Shown: positions 24,810 through 35,168, numbered from the stretch's first letter. The stretch is DNA of 38,616 nucleotides from a virus (IMGVR_UViG_3300028588_000049:1-38616), one strand, 5' to 3'. Translations and numbers: made by a program. Notes: generated by a model not told the origin, from the sequence alone.

Positions 24810-25868
24810 ATGCACAAACTCCTGAAATACCTGCTCCGCTTCGCAATGCCAATGAACATCGTCGACGGTGACGGTGACGGTGGTGGCAGCGGAGGCGGCG
24901 CAATGAGCACCGACAGTTTCGCGGAAATGCTGGGCGGGCCAGCCGAAGACGGACAACCGGATGCAGATCCGGACCCGCAAAGCGGCGACCCCGACCAGGA
25001 CCCAATCGTGGACCCGGATCCAGATGCAGACCCTGACGCCGATCCTGATGCAAATCCGGATCCCGACGCTGACCCTGCCCCTGATCCCGACGGACAACCT
25101 GAAAAGGACCCGGTCGAAGCGTTCCTCGAACTGGAAATTAATGGCGAAAAGGTCAAGCTCACGGCTGACGAGGCCAAAAACGGATATCTGCGCCAACAGG
25201 ACTACACGCAGAAGGCCCAGCGCCTCGCGCAGGAGCGACAGGAGTGGAATGCGCACGTCGCGCGCCAGGCCGCCGAAGTGCAGCAGTTCAGCCAAGAGAT
25301 CGGCCAGCTGCAAAGCATCGACGCGGCGCTGCGCGAATACGGCCAGGTCGATTGGGATGGGCTGCGCGAGAGCGACCCTGTCTCGTACGGCATCCACATG
25401 GCCGACTTCAACCGTGCCCAGGCCGAGCGCGGCAACATCGAGCGCGCCATCACCACCAAGCAGCAGACGCTGACGGCAGCGCAGCAGCAGGCACAGCAGC
25501 AAGCCTTCGCCCAGCAGGCGCAGGAAGCTCAGGCGCACATGGCCGCTCTGGTTCCCGGCTTCGGCAAGGAGCATATCGCCGAGATGAAGGCGCTCGGGCA
25601 GAAGGCTGGCTTTACCGAAGCCGAGCTGAGTCAGGTCGCTGACAAACGCATGCTGGAAGTGCTTTGGAAGGCATCGCAGTACGACAAGCAGAAAACCACC
25701 ACGCAGCAGGCCATCAAGAAGGTGTCGGCGCTCCCTACCAAGGCGAGCAAGCCGGCGCCGGCCGCGAAACCAGCAGCTCAGCTGCACATTGAAAAACAAA
25801 CCCGCCGTCTCGAGCAAACCGGTAGCGCGAAAGATTTCGCCGCCCTGCTCGGCATGACCAAACGTTAA
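24810..25868 (+). CDS. Capsid scaffolding protein
   Basis: Acidic N-terminus, GYLRQQDYTQKAQRLA, W..LRESDP, Gln-rich coils; directly upstream of capsid gene. Confidence 0.88.
   Translation: MHKLLKYLLRFAMPMNIVDGDGDGGGSGGGAMSTDSFAEMLGGPAEDGQPDADPDPQSGDPDQDPIVDPDPDADPDADPDANPDPDADPAPDPDGQPEKDPVEAFLELEINGEKVKLTADEAKNGYLRQQDYTQKAQRLAQERQEWNAHVARQAAEVQQFSQEIGQLQSIDAALREYGQVDWDGLRESDPVSYGIHMADFNRAQAERGNIERAITTKQQTLTAAQQQAQQQAFAQQAQEAQAHMAALVPGFGKEHIAEMKALGQKAGFTEAELSQVADKRMLEVLWKASQYDKQKTTTQQAIKKVSALPTKASKPAPAAKPAAQLHIEKQTRRLEQTGSAKDFAALLGMTKR
24948..25099 (+). repeat. Asp-Pro dipeptide repeat tract in scaffold gene
   Basis: PDADPDP...DPDPDADPDADPDANPDPDADPAPDPD, flanked by 11-bp direct repeat GACGGACAACC (24948-24958, 25089-25099). 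Confidence 0.85.
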
Positions 25869-25883
25869 TAGGAAGAAATTACC

Positions 25884-26825
25884 ATGGCACAAACCGCAAA
25901 CACCTACGCAACCTTCAACAGCACGATCAACCGCGAACAGCTGATGAGCAAGATCTGGAACGTGTCGGTCTCCGAGACCCCGTTCGTGAAGCTCATCGGC
26001 AAGGGCAAGGCTGACGGCGTGTTCGACGAATGGAGCACCGACTCATACCGCGCGGCCAAGGCCAACAAGGTCGAGCAGGGTAACAACGCCACTCGTACCC
26101 AGCGCACCCCGCCCCTGCGCTACGGTAACCGCACCCAGATTGTCGACGACACTTTCGGCGTGACCGGTACTCAGGAAGCTGTCGAGAAGGCGGGTGGCAA
26201 ATCGGAATACAACCGCCAGCTGGCCAAGACCATGGTCGAGCTGAAGAAGGACATCGAGTTCGCCTGCCTGCAAAACACGACCGCGATCCCTTCGGCCGCT
26301 GGCGTGGCGCCGCAAGCACGTGGCCTGTTTGGCTTCATGAGCGACAACGTGTCGCTGGGCGCCGGTGGCGTTGCCGCCAACCCGCTGACCAACACGGCAG
26401 CCGTCGACGGCACGCAGCGCGCGTTCACCGAAACCCTGATGAAGGGCGTTCTGCAGCAGATGTTCGACAACGGCACCGACATGGACAACCTGTACGGCCT
26501 GCTGCCGTCCAGCCAGCGCACCGTGTTCGACACCTTCCTGGCGGGCACGACTCGCTTCGACAAGGCTGAAGACAAGGCACTGACCGCCACGTTGGAGATC
26601 TACATCGGCCCGTTCGGCCGCGTGAAGACCGTCAACGCGCGCCACATGCGTCAGCGCGAAGTCGCGTTCGTCAACCCGGAATTCCTGGAGCTGGCCATCC
26701 TGCGTGAAATGAAGGACACCCCGCTGGGCGTGACCGGCGACACGAAGGACGTGCTGGTGAACTGCGAATTCACCCTGCGTGACTACAACCCGAAGGCTCA
26801 CGGCGCGGTCCTCGACCTGACCTGA
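25884..26825 (+). CDS. Major capsid protein (DUF5309/SU10-type)
   Basis: NREQL...SETPF, EWSTD, GNRTQI, V.GTQEAV.KAG, ELKKDIE, TGD.K; followed by terminator. Confidence 0.92.
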   Translation: MAQTANTYATFNSTINREQLMSKIWNVSVSETPFVKLIGKGKADGVFDEWSTDSYRAAKANKVEQGNNATRTQRTPPLRYGNRTQIVDDTFGVTGTQEAVEKAGGKSEYNRQLAKTMVELKKDIEFACLQNTTAIPSAAGVAPQARGLFGFMSDNVSLGAGGVAANPLTNTAAVDGTQRAFTETLMKGVLQQMFDNGTDMDNLYGLLPSSQRTVFDTFLAGTTRFDKAEDKALTATLEIYIGPFGRVKTVNARHMRQREVAFVNPEFLELAILREMKDTPLGVTGDTKDVLVNCEFTLRDYNPKAHGAVLDLT

Positions 26826-26844
26826 TCCATCCCGCTGTAACCAG

Positions 26845-26876
26845 AAGGGCGCTCTCCGGGGCGCCCTTTTTCTTTT
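26845..26876 (+). terminator. Intrinsic terminator after capsid gene
   Basis: AAGGGCGCTC-TCCG-GGGCGCCCTT followed by T-tract. Confidence 0.8.
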
Positions 26877-26886
26877 CCGGACACCC

Positions 26887-27195
26887 ATGAAACACATCGT
26901 TGAAGCCAGCCAGACCAGCGAACTGTCGATCGACACCGACGCAGACGGCTCCGGCGTAATCCTGCAATCGACCGACGTTTCCGCAGCTCTTCGCCGCAAC
27001 GAGCGCCTGCGCAGCGCCGGCGCGACCAAGACCAAGGGCGGCGACCACTATGCGGCGTCAATCCCGATCGACCTTCTGAACGCCTGGGCCATGAAGCGTG
27101 GCACCACGTGGGAGATCGTCGCTGCTGACAACAAGATGCTCGACCAATTCCTGGCCGAGCACAGCAAGTGCCGCATCTACGAGGGCCGCATCTAA
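26887..27195 (+). CDS. Conserved virion-module hypothetical protein
   Basis: 102 aa, QSTDV...HYAASIP..L..W; TAATG overlap with next gene. Confidence 0.75.
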   Translation: MKHIVEASQTSELSIDTDADGSGVILQSTDVSAALRRNERLRSAGATKTKGGDHYAASIPIDLLNAWAMKRGTTWEIVAADNKMLDQFLAEHSKCRIYEGRI

Positions 27196-27797
27196 TGAAC
27201 TACGGACAACTGCAACAGGCGATCGCCAACCGGCTCGGGCGCACCAACCTGACTGCGGTGATACCCGATCTAATCGCGCTGGCCGAGCCGCGCCTGTACT
27301 TCGGCTTCCGCGACATCGAGGTGTCGGTGGCGCCGCTGCGCGTGCGCGCGATGCTGGCGCGCGAGACCACGTCGCTGGCCGCCCTGCCCGATCGCTTTCT
27401 CGCGGTCGACCGCCTGACCGTGCCGACGGAGCGCGAGCCGCTGGCCTACCTGCCGCCGGAGGAATTCGCCAAGCTGAGCCCGACCACCTGCCCGCGCCAT
27501 TACACGCTGCAGGATGGCGGCATCTCGGTCGAAGGTGGCATGCCTGCGGCCTTCATGCTGTCCTACTACCGGCGCTTCCCGACGCTGTCGGCCGCCGGCG
27601 ACACGAACTGGCTGCTCGAGCAGTTCCCGAACCTGTACCTGTACTCGACGCTGATCGAGGCCTACGCGCACATCAAGGATGACGCGCGCATCCCGACAGC
27701 CGCTCGCATGTACGCCGCTGCCGCCAATGCGCTGATCGATGCCGACATGGCCGAGCGCCACAGCGGCTCAACCCTCACGATTGGAAGCGCACGATGA
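27195..27797 (+). CDS. Head-tail adaptor protein
   Basis: MNYGQLQQAIANRLGRTNL..IPDLIALAE, TNWLLEQFPNLYLYSTLIEA..IKDDAR; start 27195. Confidence 0.85.
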   Translation: MNYGQLQQAIANRLGRTNLTAVIPDLIALAEPRLYFGFRDIEVSVAPLRVRAMLARETTSLAALPDRFLAVDRLTVPTEREPLAYLPPEEFAKLSPTTCPRHYTLQDGGISVEGGMPAAFMLSYYRRFPTLSAAGDTNWLLEQFPNLYLYSTLIEAYAHIKDDARIPTAARMYAAAANALIDADMAERHSGSTLTIGSAR

Positions 27798-29251
27798 TCC
27801 CGCTAACCGGCTTCGCGCCAGACGCCGACAGCACCGTGCCCGGCGTGCTGACGGCATGTACCAACCTGATCCCAACGCTGCGCGGCATGGCCGGCGCGCC
27901 GACTGCGATGGATGCCGGCGTGGCCGCGCTGCCCGCTGAGTGTCGTGGCGGGGCCGTGGTGACCCGCCTCGATCGGCTGAACCGCGTCTTCGCCGGCACC
28001 CGCACCGCGCTGTATGAGCTGTCGGGCGTCAGCTTCGTCAATCAGTCGCGCAGCGGCGGCTATACCGGCAGCGTCGAAAACCGCTGGCGTTACGCGCAGT
28101 TCGGCAACGCCTCGCTGGCGTGCAACGAAACCGAGCAGCTGCAAGTCTCGACCGGTACCGGCACGGCATTCGCGGACATTCCGCAGTCGCCGCGCGCGCG
28201 CATCATCGTGACCGCTTCCGGCTTCGTCCTGGCCTTCGCGCTGAATGCGACGTATGTCGGCGGCGACCGGCCCGACGCTTGGGCGTGTTCGCATATTTAC
28301 GATCACCTGACCTGGGCGCCGGCCAGCAGCAACCAGGCAGCATTCGGCTACCTGCTCAACACCCCCGGCGACATCCGCGCGGCACAGCGCCTGGGCAACG
28401 ATGTGGTCGCGTACAAGGAAAAGTCCATGTACCTTGGGCGCTACGTCGGCCCGCCGGTGATCTGGCAATGGGACCTGATCGCATCGAACGTTGGCGCCAT
28501 CAGCGCGGAGTCGGTGATCGATACTGGCACGGCGCACCTGTTCATCGGCGCGAGCGACTTCTACCTGTTCGACGGCTCGCGGCCGCGGCCTATCGGCGCG
28601 CCGGTGCGCGAGTGGTTCTTCGCGAACTGCGACGCCACGTACCGGTACCGGATCCGCAGCCACTTCGACCAGGCCAAGAACCTGTGCTGGTGGTTCTACC
28701 CGACGCCAGGCTCGGGCGGCGCGCTGACCAGTGCGCTGGTCTACAACCTGAATAACGAGCGCTGGGGTCATGTGTCGCTGCCGATCGAGGCCGTGTTTCA
28801 GTACCAGGGCGCGGAAACGAACTACGACAACTGGCCAGCTGACCCGGCGATGACGTTTGAAACAATCCCGGACCTGCCATTCGACTCGCCGGCGCTGGAC
28901 ACCAGTAGCTCGGCGATGGGCGTCGTGGGCCTGGATCACAAGATCAAGACGGTGAACGGTGCAGGCGCCGGCGCCACCCTCATAACAGGGGATTTCGGCG
29001 ATGACGAGCAGTACACGACGCTCAACCGCGTGACTCCGCGCTTTATCACCCGCCCAGCTGCATCGCGCCTGACGCATTACACGCGCGAATTTGACGGCGA
29101 CCAGCTGGAAAACCGTGGTGCTGGCGACTTGACCGGTAGCCACTACGACACTCTGGCATCGGGGCGCTATCACCGCGTGCGCATCGATCTGCAGGGTGAC
29201 TTCGAACTGGTCGGCTTTACGCCGGCACTGACCCCGGACGGTATGGAATGA
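27794..29251 (+). CDS. Tail nozzle / packaged-DNA stabilization protein (P22 gp10-like)
   Basis: 485 aa beta-propeller-like, aromatic-rich; position after adaptor in podoviral module. Confidence 0.78.
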   Translation: MIPLTGFAPDADSTVPGVLTACTNLIPTLRGMAGAPTAMDAGVAALPAECRGGAVVTRLDRLNRVFAGTRTALYELSGVSFVNQSRSGGYTGSVENRWRYAQFGNASLACNETEQLQVSTGTGTAFADIPQSPRARIIVTASGFVLAFALNATYVGGDRPDAWACSHIYDHLTWAPASSNQAAFGYLLNTPGDIRAAQRLGNDVVAYKEKSMYLGRYVGPPVIWQWDLIASNVGAISAESVIDTGTAHLFIGASDFYLFDGSRPRPIGAPVREWFFANCDATYRYRIRSHFDQAKNLCWWFYPTPGSGGALTSALVYNLNNERWGHVSLPIEAVFQYQGAETNYDNWPADPAMTFETIPDLPFDSPALDTSSSAMGVVGLDHKIKTVNGAGAGATLITGDFGDDEQYTTLNRVTPRFITRPAASRLTHYTREFDGDQLENRGAGDLTGSHYDTLASGRYHRVRIDLQGDFELVGFTPALTPDGME

Positions 29252-29556
29252 GCAGGCTATCGAACGACGCGCGGCTGCCGAACGGGAATGACCTTCAGGG
29301 CTGGCGCCAGCGCCTCTATGAGCTGGTGCGCGACATCGTAAACCAGGTCAACGGGCTGTCCGAGGGGCGTATCAGCGCATGCACCAACGCCGCGCCAGCG
29401 ATGCCAGTGACTGGTGTCTACGCGCCGGGCGACTTCGTACGCAACACCGCTCCGGCCGAAGCGGGCCCCGTCGGCAGCAAGTACGTTGTCGAGGGCTGGC
29501 TTTGCACTGCGGCACCGACCACCTTTGTGCAAAAACGCTTTTCAACCGGAAACTGA
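29248..29556 (+). CDS. Small tail-associated protein (needle/plug position)
   Basis: N-terminal short coil QVNGLSEG, then GDFVRN..GWLC beta motif; coupled to upstream gene. Confidence 0.65.
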   Translation: MSRLSNDARLPNGNDLQGWRQRLYELVRDIVNQVNGLSEGRISACTNAAPAMPVTGVYAPGDFVRNTAPAEAGPVGSKYVVEGWLCTAAPTTFVQKRFSTGN

Positions 29557-29557
29557 C

Positions 29558-29971
29558 ATGCTGCGCGTGATCGAACCGCAATACCTGGCCGCCGAGTGGG
29601 ATCGCGTGCGCGCTGGCCTCGTCGAGGTCAAGAAAGCCACCACCGACGACTGGCTGCCGGAAGACGTGTACATGGCGCTGCGGCAGGCGCACGCGTCGCT
29701 GTACATCGGCACCGGCGCCGACGGCGAGTACTTGGGCTTCGTAGTGATGCGCCTGGTGCCCACCTTCCACGGATCGCGGGCTGACGTCTGGTGCGCGCAC
29801 TCGGCGACCAGCCGGCCGGCGCTGCGCGCGTTCCTGCCCCACATCAAGGCGATCGCCCGAAACAGCGGCGCGAGCCGTATCGGTTTCTCGTCGGCCCGTC
29901 CTGAATGGGCGGCAGCGGCGCGGCGCCTGGGCTTCACCCCGAAACAAGTCTCGTATGAAATCAGCTTATAG
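29558..29971 (+). CDS. GNAT-fold-like virion assembly protein
   Basis: 137 aa from ATG 29558; GFVVM..VWCAHS...IARNSGASRIGFSSARPEW...LGF; precedes ejection genes as in P22/T7-like phages. Confidence 0.68.
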   Translation: MLRVIEPQYLAAEWDRVRAGLVEVKKATTDDWLPEDVYMALRQAHASLYIGTGADGEYLGFVVMRLVPTFHGSRADVWCAHSATSRPALRAFLPHIKAIARNSGASRIGFSSARPEWAAAARRLGFTPKQVSYEISL

Positions 29972-29980
29972 GAACCCATC

Positions 29981-30940
29981 ATGAGTGGCGGAACCCCATC
30001 GAATACCACCAGCCAGACCACCACCGAGCTGCCAGCTTGGGCGCGCGAGGCATCGCAAGAGCTTCTGATCCGGGGGCAGAATCTCTCCCGTCAAGAAATG
30101 CCGGTCTACACGGGCCAGCGCTCGGCCGGCCTGAACGGCATCCAGCAACAGGGCATGAACATGGTGCAGAGCCGGGCCAATAACGGATCGGCCGAGATCA
30201 ACGCCGGGAGCAGCGCGCTGCAGGGCACGCTCGGCGGCCAGTACCTCGGGCGCGACACCGGTTCCAATCAGTACATGGGCGCGCAGCCGACCGGGCAAAA
30301 CGCCTACATGGGCGACAACCCGTACCTGCAGCAGTCGATCGACAAGGCCGCCGGCGACATCACGCGCAACTACACGGGCGCCGTGAACTCGACGGATGCC
30401 ACCATGGCGCGCGCTGGCGCGTTCGGCGGCTCGGCCTGGCAGCAGGCGCAGGAAGGCAATTCACGTAACTTGGCGCAAGGCCTATCCGACTCAGCGACGT
30501 CGATGCGCATGCAGAACTACAACCAGAGCGCCGGCTTGGCCGAAAATGCGCTGGGCCGGCAGCAGCAGAACTGGCAGACGAACGCCGGGCTGGCCGATAG
30601 CGGACTGGCGCGGAACGAAGCTGCGTTCCAGGCAGAGCGAAATAATCAGATGGGCGGCCTGTCGGCGGCTCTTCAGTACGGCAACCAGGCATATACGGAC
30701 GCGGCGCAGTTGCAGGGTGCCGGCGAGCTCCAATACGGTGCTGACCAGCAGAAGCTTACCGATCAGCAGGCGCTGTTCAACGAGCGCGCGCAGTCGCCAT
30801 ACAAACAACTCGACGTGCTCGGAAATTCGATCCGCGGCGCGATCGGCAACGGCTCGACTGTCAGTCAGACCGGCCCGGGAGCCAATCCATGGGCTCAGGC
30901 TGCAGGCAGCGCCGCAGCCCTCTACGGCATGCTCGGCTAA
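29981..30940 (+). CDS. Ejection (DNA transfer) protein 1
   Basis: Gln/Gly/Asn-rich, MSGG..TT.TTELPAW, NPYLQ, GAFGGS, hydrophobic C-terminus. Confidence 0.75.
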   Translation: MSGGTPSNTTSQTTTELPAWAREASQELLIRGQNLSRQEMPVYTGQRSAGLNGIQQQGMNMVQSRANNGSAEINAGSSALQGTLGGQYLGRDTGSNQYMGAQPTGQNAYMGDNPYLQQSIDKAAGDITRNYTGAVNSTDATMARAGAFGGSAWQQAQEGNSRNLAQGLSDSATSMRMQNYNQSAGLAENALGRQQQNWQTNAGLADSGLARNEAAFQAERNNQMGGLSAALQYGNQAYTDAAQLQGAGELQYGADQQKLTDQQALFNERAQSPYKQLDVLGNSIRGAIGNGSTVSQTGPGANPWAQAAGSAAALYGMLG

Positions 30941-30954
30941 AAAAGGGAAACACA

Positions 30955-31662
30955 ATGAACGATTGGTGGAAAATGGGTCTTGCTGGCGTCGCTGGTGCCG
31001 GCCTCTTGGCAGCAACTGGCGGCGCAGCTGCTGGTGGTCTGGGTAGCCTGCTCGGGTCGAGCGGCGCGGCAGCCGGCACTGCCGGCGCGGGTGCAGCCGG
31101 TGCCGCTAGCGTCGGCGCCGCAGGGGCGGCGGGTGCTGGCGCGGCCGGTGCAGGGTCAACTGCCCTCGCTGGTGGAATGCTGGGCGCGGAAACCGCTGGC
31201 GCCGCCAATATGGGCACCGGAATGCTCGCGGCAGAAGGTGCTGCGGCGCCGGGTGCCATGGCGTTCGTGTCGCCATCGGTTACCTCGGGCGGCATGCTGG
31301 GCGGCGGCGCTGGCACGGGCGGCCTGTCTGGCTCGCTGGCAGGCACGACTGCGGAATACGGCACGCCGGCGATGCTCGCAGATTCCAGCGCTGCCGCCGC
31401 AGCAGCACCGCCACCCAGCATGCTCGCACAGGCCGGTGACTACGCAAAAACCGGCATGAAGGCGGCCAGTACCTACGGCTCGGTCAATCGCGCCATGGGC
31501 GGCGGCCAGCCGCCAATGCAGGCACCTGCCGGCCGCCCTGTCTTCCAAGGCGAAGCGCCGCAGATTTCCAGCAGCATCGGCAGCATGGGCGGCGGCCAGC
31601 AGGCGCCGGATCAAAACGCCGTACTCGCGGCAATCGCACGCCGCCGCCAACGCGGCTTCTAA
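30955..31662 (+). CDS. Gly/Ala-rich ejection protein 2
   Basis: ATG 30955 after AAGGG; long GA-rich hydrophobic stretch typical of pilot proteins. Confidence 0.68.
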   Translation: MNDWWKMGLAGVAGAGLLAATGGAAAGGLGSLLGSSGAAAGTAGAGAAGAASVGAAGAAGAGAAGAGSTALAGGMLGAETAGAANMGTGMLAAEGAAAPGAMAFVSPSVTSGGMLGGGAGTGGLSGSLAGTTAEYGTPAMLADSSAAAAAAPPPSMLAQAGDYAKTGMKAASTYGSVNRAMGGGQPPMQAPAGRPVFQGEAPQISSSIGSMGGGQQAPDQNAVLAAIARRRQRGF

Positions 31663-31671
31663 GGGGATGAC

Positions 31672-33018
31672 ATGTTCGAACGAATGAAGGGCATGCTCGC
31701 GCTGCCGGAAGACCCGATGCACAACGCGGCCGCACGCCAGGGCCTGCTGACCGCCGGCGCCGCGCTGCTGGGCGGCCGTGGCAACCTGGGCGAAATCCTC
31801 GGTGGCGGCCTGCTCGCGGGGTCGCAAGGCTACCAGGGCGGGCTGGCGCAGCAGCAACAGCAGCAGTACCGCCAGGCGCAGACGCAGCAGGTCGAAATGG
31901 AGAACAAGCGCCTGCAGGCAGCGGCCGACGAGCCGATGCAGTTGCAGCGCATCCTGTCGGGCGGTCAGTCCGCGCCGATAGCGCCGCCGGGCAGCCTGCC
32001 GCGTCTCGGTGGTGCGCCAGCTTCCGGCGCATCGTTCGGCGCCGCCCCAGCGCCTGGATCGATCGCGCCACAGGCCCCCGCCGACCAGTACGTCACGCTG
32101 ATGGGCTATGCCGAGCGCCTGACGCAGGCCGGCCGCGTGGCGCAGGCGAAGCCGTACTACGACATGGCCGAGAAGCTGCGCCCGAAGCTGATGAAGCAAG
32201 AGGCGCGCATGGTCGACGGCCAGCGCGTCATGGCCAACGTCTTCGAAGACGGCCGCACCGAGCGCGTCGACGGCTTCGCACCGGATGCCGAGAAACTGAA
32301 CTTCCAGAACACCGGCGGCAGCACCGTGGCGCTCGATCCGTTCACTGGCAAGCCGGTCAACACGATCCGCAACTCGCAATCGCCTGACTCGGTGGCGAGC
32401 GTGGCGCAGCAAGAGCGCAGCTCGCGGCGAGCGGATGAGCGTGCACGTGACGCACTCGGCCAGGGGAAAACGCCAGTCGGCTATCGCTGGACCGCTGATG
32501 GGAAATCGCTCGAAGCGATCCCGGGCGGCCCTGTCATGGCGAAGACCACCGAAGTGCAGCAGAAGGTCAGTGATGCGCAATCGGTCATCGAGCTGCTCGA
32601 CGTGGCCCGGCCGCTGATCGGCAAGTCGACAAGCAGCTACGGCGGCGCGGCGGTCGACCAGGTCGCGCGCGTGTTCGGCGCCAGCACCGAAGGCAGCGCT
32701 GCAGCGGCGCAACTCAAGGCGCTGGAAGGTTCGCTCGTGTCGAAGATGCCGAAGATGTCCGGCCCTCAGTCTGACAAGGACGTGCTGCTCTACAAGCAGA
32801 TGGCCGGCCAGATCGGCGACGTGACGATTCCGGCAGAAAACAAGATGGCAGCCATGCAGGTGATCGAGGAAATCAACCGCCGCTACCTCAACCAGGTGCA
32901 GGCGAAAAAGGTTCCATCGGTAGCGGAACTGCCGAAGAAGGCCGCGCCCACGCAGGCCTACGCCGACGCTGAAAAAGAGCGGCGCTACCAGGAATTTAAA
33001 CGGAGCCAAGGAAAATGA
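31672..33018 (+). CDS. Ejection protein 3 (P22 gp20 position)
   Basis: 448 aa, Gln-rich, P.GYRW..DG..LEAIPGGP, GPQSDKD. Confidence 0.72.
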   Translation: MFERMKGMLALPEDPMHNAAARQGLLTAGAALLGGRGNLGEILGGGLLAGSQGYQGGLAQQQQQQYRQAQTQQVEMENKRLQAAADEPMQLQRILSGGQSAPIAPPGSLPRLGGAPASGASFGAAPAPGSIAPQAPADQYVTLMGYAERLTQAGRVAQAKPYYDMAEKLRPKLMKQEARMVDGQRVMANVFEDGRTERVDGFAPDAEKLNFQNTGGSTVALDPFTGKPVNTIRNSQSPDSVASVAQQERSSRRADERARDALGQGKTPVGYRWTADGKSLEAIPGGPVMAKTTEVQQKVSDAQSVIELLDVARPLIGKSTSSYGGAAVDQVARVFGASTEGSAAAAQLKALEGSLVSKMPKMSGPQSDKDVLLYKQMAGQIGDVTIPAENKMAAMQVIEEINRRYLNQVQAKKVPSVAELPKKAAPTQAYADAEKERRYQEFKRSQGK

Positions 33019-35168
33019 CCGAGCAAGAAGAGTTCGAATTCCGCGCGCGCATGGAAGCTGAGTCGGCAGCGCGCGCACCGAAGCCAGCGGCGGCCCCTGC
33101 GCCTGCCCCTGTGCCATCGAAGCCATTCGGCCAACAGCTGAACGACTCGATTGCCGACGTGCCTCGCCAGATCGGCCTGACCGCGCGTCACGGACTGGAA
33201 GGCGTCGGCGACGTGTTCGATACCTTCGTCGGCAACCCTGTGCGCACGCTTACCAGCCCGATCTGGGGCAATAAGCCAACCGCACGCACCGGCGCCGCGC
33301 TGGCTGACCTGGCACGGCTTCCGCAGCCACGCACCGCTACCGAGCGGATTGTCGGTGACGCGACGCGCATGGTGGCTGGCGGCGCTGGCACGCTCGGCGC
33401 TGCGGCGAAGGGGGCGCAGCGCCTGACAGGCATTGCTCAGCGCGTAGCGAGCACGCTGGCGGCTAATCCGGTGCAGCAGCTGGCCTCAGCCGGCGCTGCC
33501 GGTGCTGCCGGCGGCTACACGCGCGAGACTGGCGGCAACGATGGCGCGCAGCTTGCGGCATCGCTGGCGGCCGGCGTCGCCACGCCTTTCGCTGTCAACA
33601 AGACAGCCGGCCTGGCCAGCCGCCTGAACCGCCGCGCCCTGCCGCAGGACCCGCAGCAGATCAACATCACGATCAACAACGCGATCGAGCAGTCAGGCCT
33701 GAAGTTGCACGAGCTGCCGCCGCGGGTGGCGCAAAGCATCCGCGACGACGTGGCCAAGGCCTTCCGCACGACCGATCAGGTGTCGCCCGACGCGGTGCGC
33801 CGCCTGGCCGATTACCGCCTGACCAACCTGACGCCGACGGCCGCCGGCCTGACGCTCGATCCGGCCGTGGTCACGCAGCAGAAGAACCTGGCCAAGCTGG
33901 GCATGAACAGCAAGGACTCGACCGCGCAGTTCCTCGGCCAAACCGAGAACCGCAACAACCAGCTGCTGAAGAATGGCCTCAACGACTTGGGCGCCGGCGC
34001 GGCGGACGATGCCTACGCCGGCGGCGAGCGGGTCATCGGTGCGCTCGAGCGCCGCAACGAACGAGCCACCGACGTCATCGGCCGGCTGTACGACCGCGCG
34101 CGCGACTCGAACGGCCGCAGCGCGGCGCTGGACCCGCACGCATTCACCCAGCGCGCCGGCAACCTGCTGCACGAGGCCAACGTCGAATCGTTCCTGGTGC
34201 CGGACATCCGAAACAAGCTCAACGGCTTCGCTGACGGTTCGATCCCGCTGACGGTCGAGATCGCCGAGCAGTTCAAGACGAACATCGGCCGCCTGCAGCG
34301 CAGCAGCGCCGATGGCAACGTGCGTTTCGCCCTGGGTGCGGTGCGGCAGGCGCTGGACGAAACGCCGCTGCTGGCACAGCGCGCGCCGGCCGCAGCAGTC
34401 GGCGGTAACCAGTTGGCCACGCCGGGTGGACTGACCAGCGGCCAGCCAGGCCAAGAACTCGGCCAGAGTGCGATCAACGCGTTCAACAAGGCGCGGCGCG
34501 TCAATCGCATGTGGATGCAGACCGTCGAGCGCACGCCGGCGCTGCAGGCTGTGCGCGATGGTGTCGAGCCTGACAAGTTCGTGCAGCAGTTCATCGTCGG
34601 CGCCGGCAAGGATGCCAGCTTCTCCGGGGTAGCGCAGCTCAAGCACTCGATCAAGGCAAATCCGGTGGCCATGCAGTCCGTGCGCGACCAGATCCTGGGG
34701 CACCTGAAGAGCAAGGCGTTGGGCGGTATGCCTGACGAGACCGGCAACTTCGGCAGCGCGGCGTACGTCAAGGCACTGGAGGCGATCGGCGAGCGCAAGC
34801 TGCGCCTGTTCTTCCAGCCTTCCGAGATCCAGAAGATGCAGGCGCTGGGCCGCGTGGCGCGGTATGAGCAGTTCCAGCCAGCCGGCGCCGCAGTCAACAA
34901 CCCAAATACGGCAGGAGCAATCGGCGGCCTGTTCGAGCGCTACTTGGGGAATATCCCGGTGGCCGGCCCGCTGGCGCGCCAGTACCTTGCCGAGCCGGTG
35001 CAGAACATTCGCGTGGGCATGCAGTCCGGACGCTCGCTCGATGTGCCGCGCACGCTGGCCCTGCCTGGGGCGACGCAGCGGCAGCCGGTGGGCATGCTCG
35101 CATCGCCCGCGCTGTTCTCGTCGCAGGACGAGGAAGAAGAAGCGCGGCGCCGCCTACTTTCGCCGTGA
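33015..35168 (+). CDS. Large ejection protein (P22 gp16 position)
   Basis: 717 aa Ala-rich helical protein; last of the internal virion genes. Confidence 0.75.
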   Translation: MTEQEEFEFRARMEAESAARAPKPAAAPAPAPVPSKPFGQQLNDSIADVPRQIGLTARHGLEGVGDVFDTFVGNPVRTLTSPIWGNKPTARTGAALADLARLPQPRTATERIVGDATRMVAGGAGTLGAAAKGAQRLTGIAQRVASTLAANPVQQLASAGAAGAAGGYTRETGGNDGAQLAASLAAGVATPFAVNKTAGLASRLNRRALPQDPQQINITINNAIEQSGLKLHELPPRVAQSIRDDVAKAFRTTDQVSPDAVRRLADYRLTNLTPTAAGLTLDPAVVTQQKNLAKLGMNSKDSTAQFLGQTENRNNQLLKNGLNDLGAGAADDAYAGGERVIGALERRNERATDVIGRLYDRARDSNGRSAALDPHAFTQRAGNLLHEANVESFLVPDIRNKLNGFADGSIPLTVEIAEQFKTNIGRLQRSSADGNVRFALGAVRQALDETPLLAQRAPAAAVGGNQLATPGGLTSGQPGQELGQSAINAFNKARRVNRMWMQTVERTPALQAVRDGVEPDKFVQQFIVGAGKDASFSGVAQLKHSIKANPVAMQSVRDQILGHLKSKALGGMPDETGNFGSAAYVKALEAIGERKLRLFFQPSEIQKMQALGRVARYEQFQPAGAAVNNPNTAGAIGGLFERYLGNIPVAGPLARQYLAEPVQNIRVGMQSGRSLDVPRTLALPGATQRQPVGMLASPALFSSQDEEEEARRRLLSP

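Noticed and set aside
24948-25099. Possible CRISPR or DNA-level tandem array
   Set aside because: Degenerate 6-bp periodicity encoding Asp-Pro; no repeat-spacer structure and no cas genes
30955-31400. Gly/Ala low-complexity stretch as collagen-like or PE-PGRS-like repeat
   Set aside because: No G-X-Y periodicity; composition is ordinary for podoviral pilot proteins
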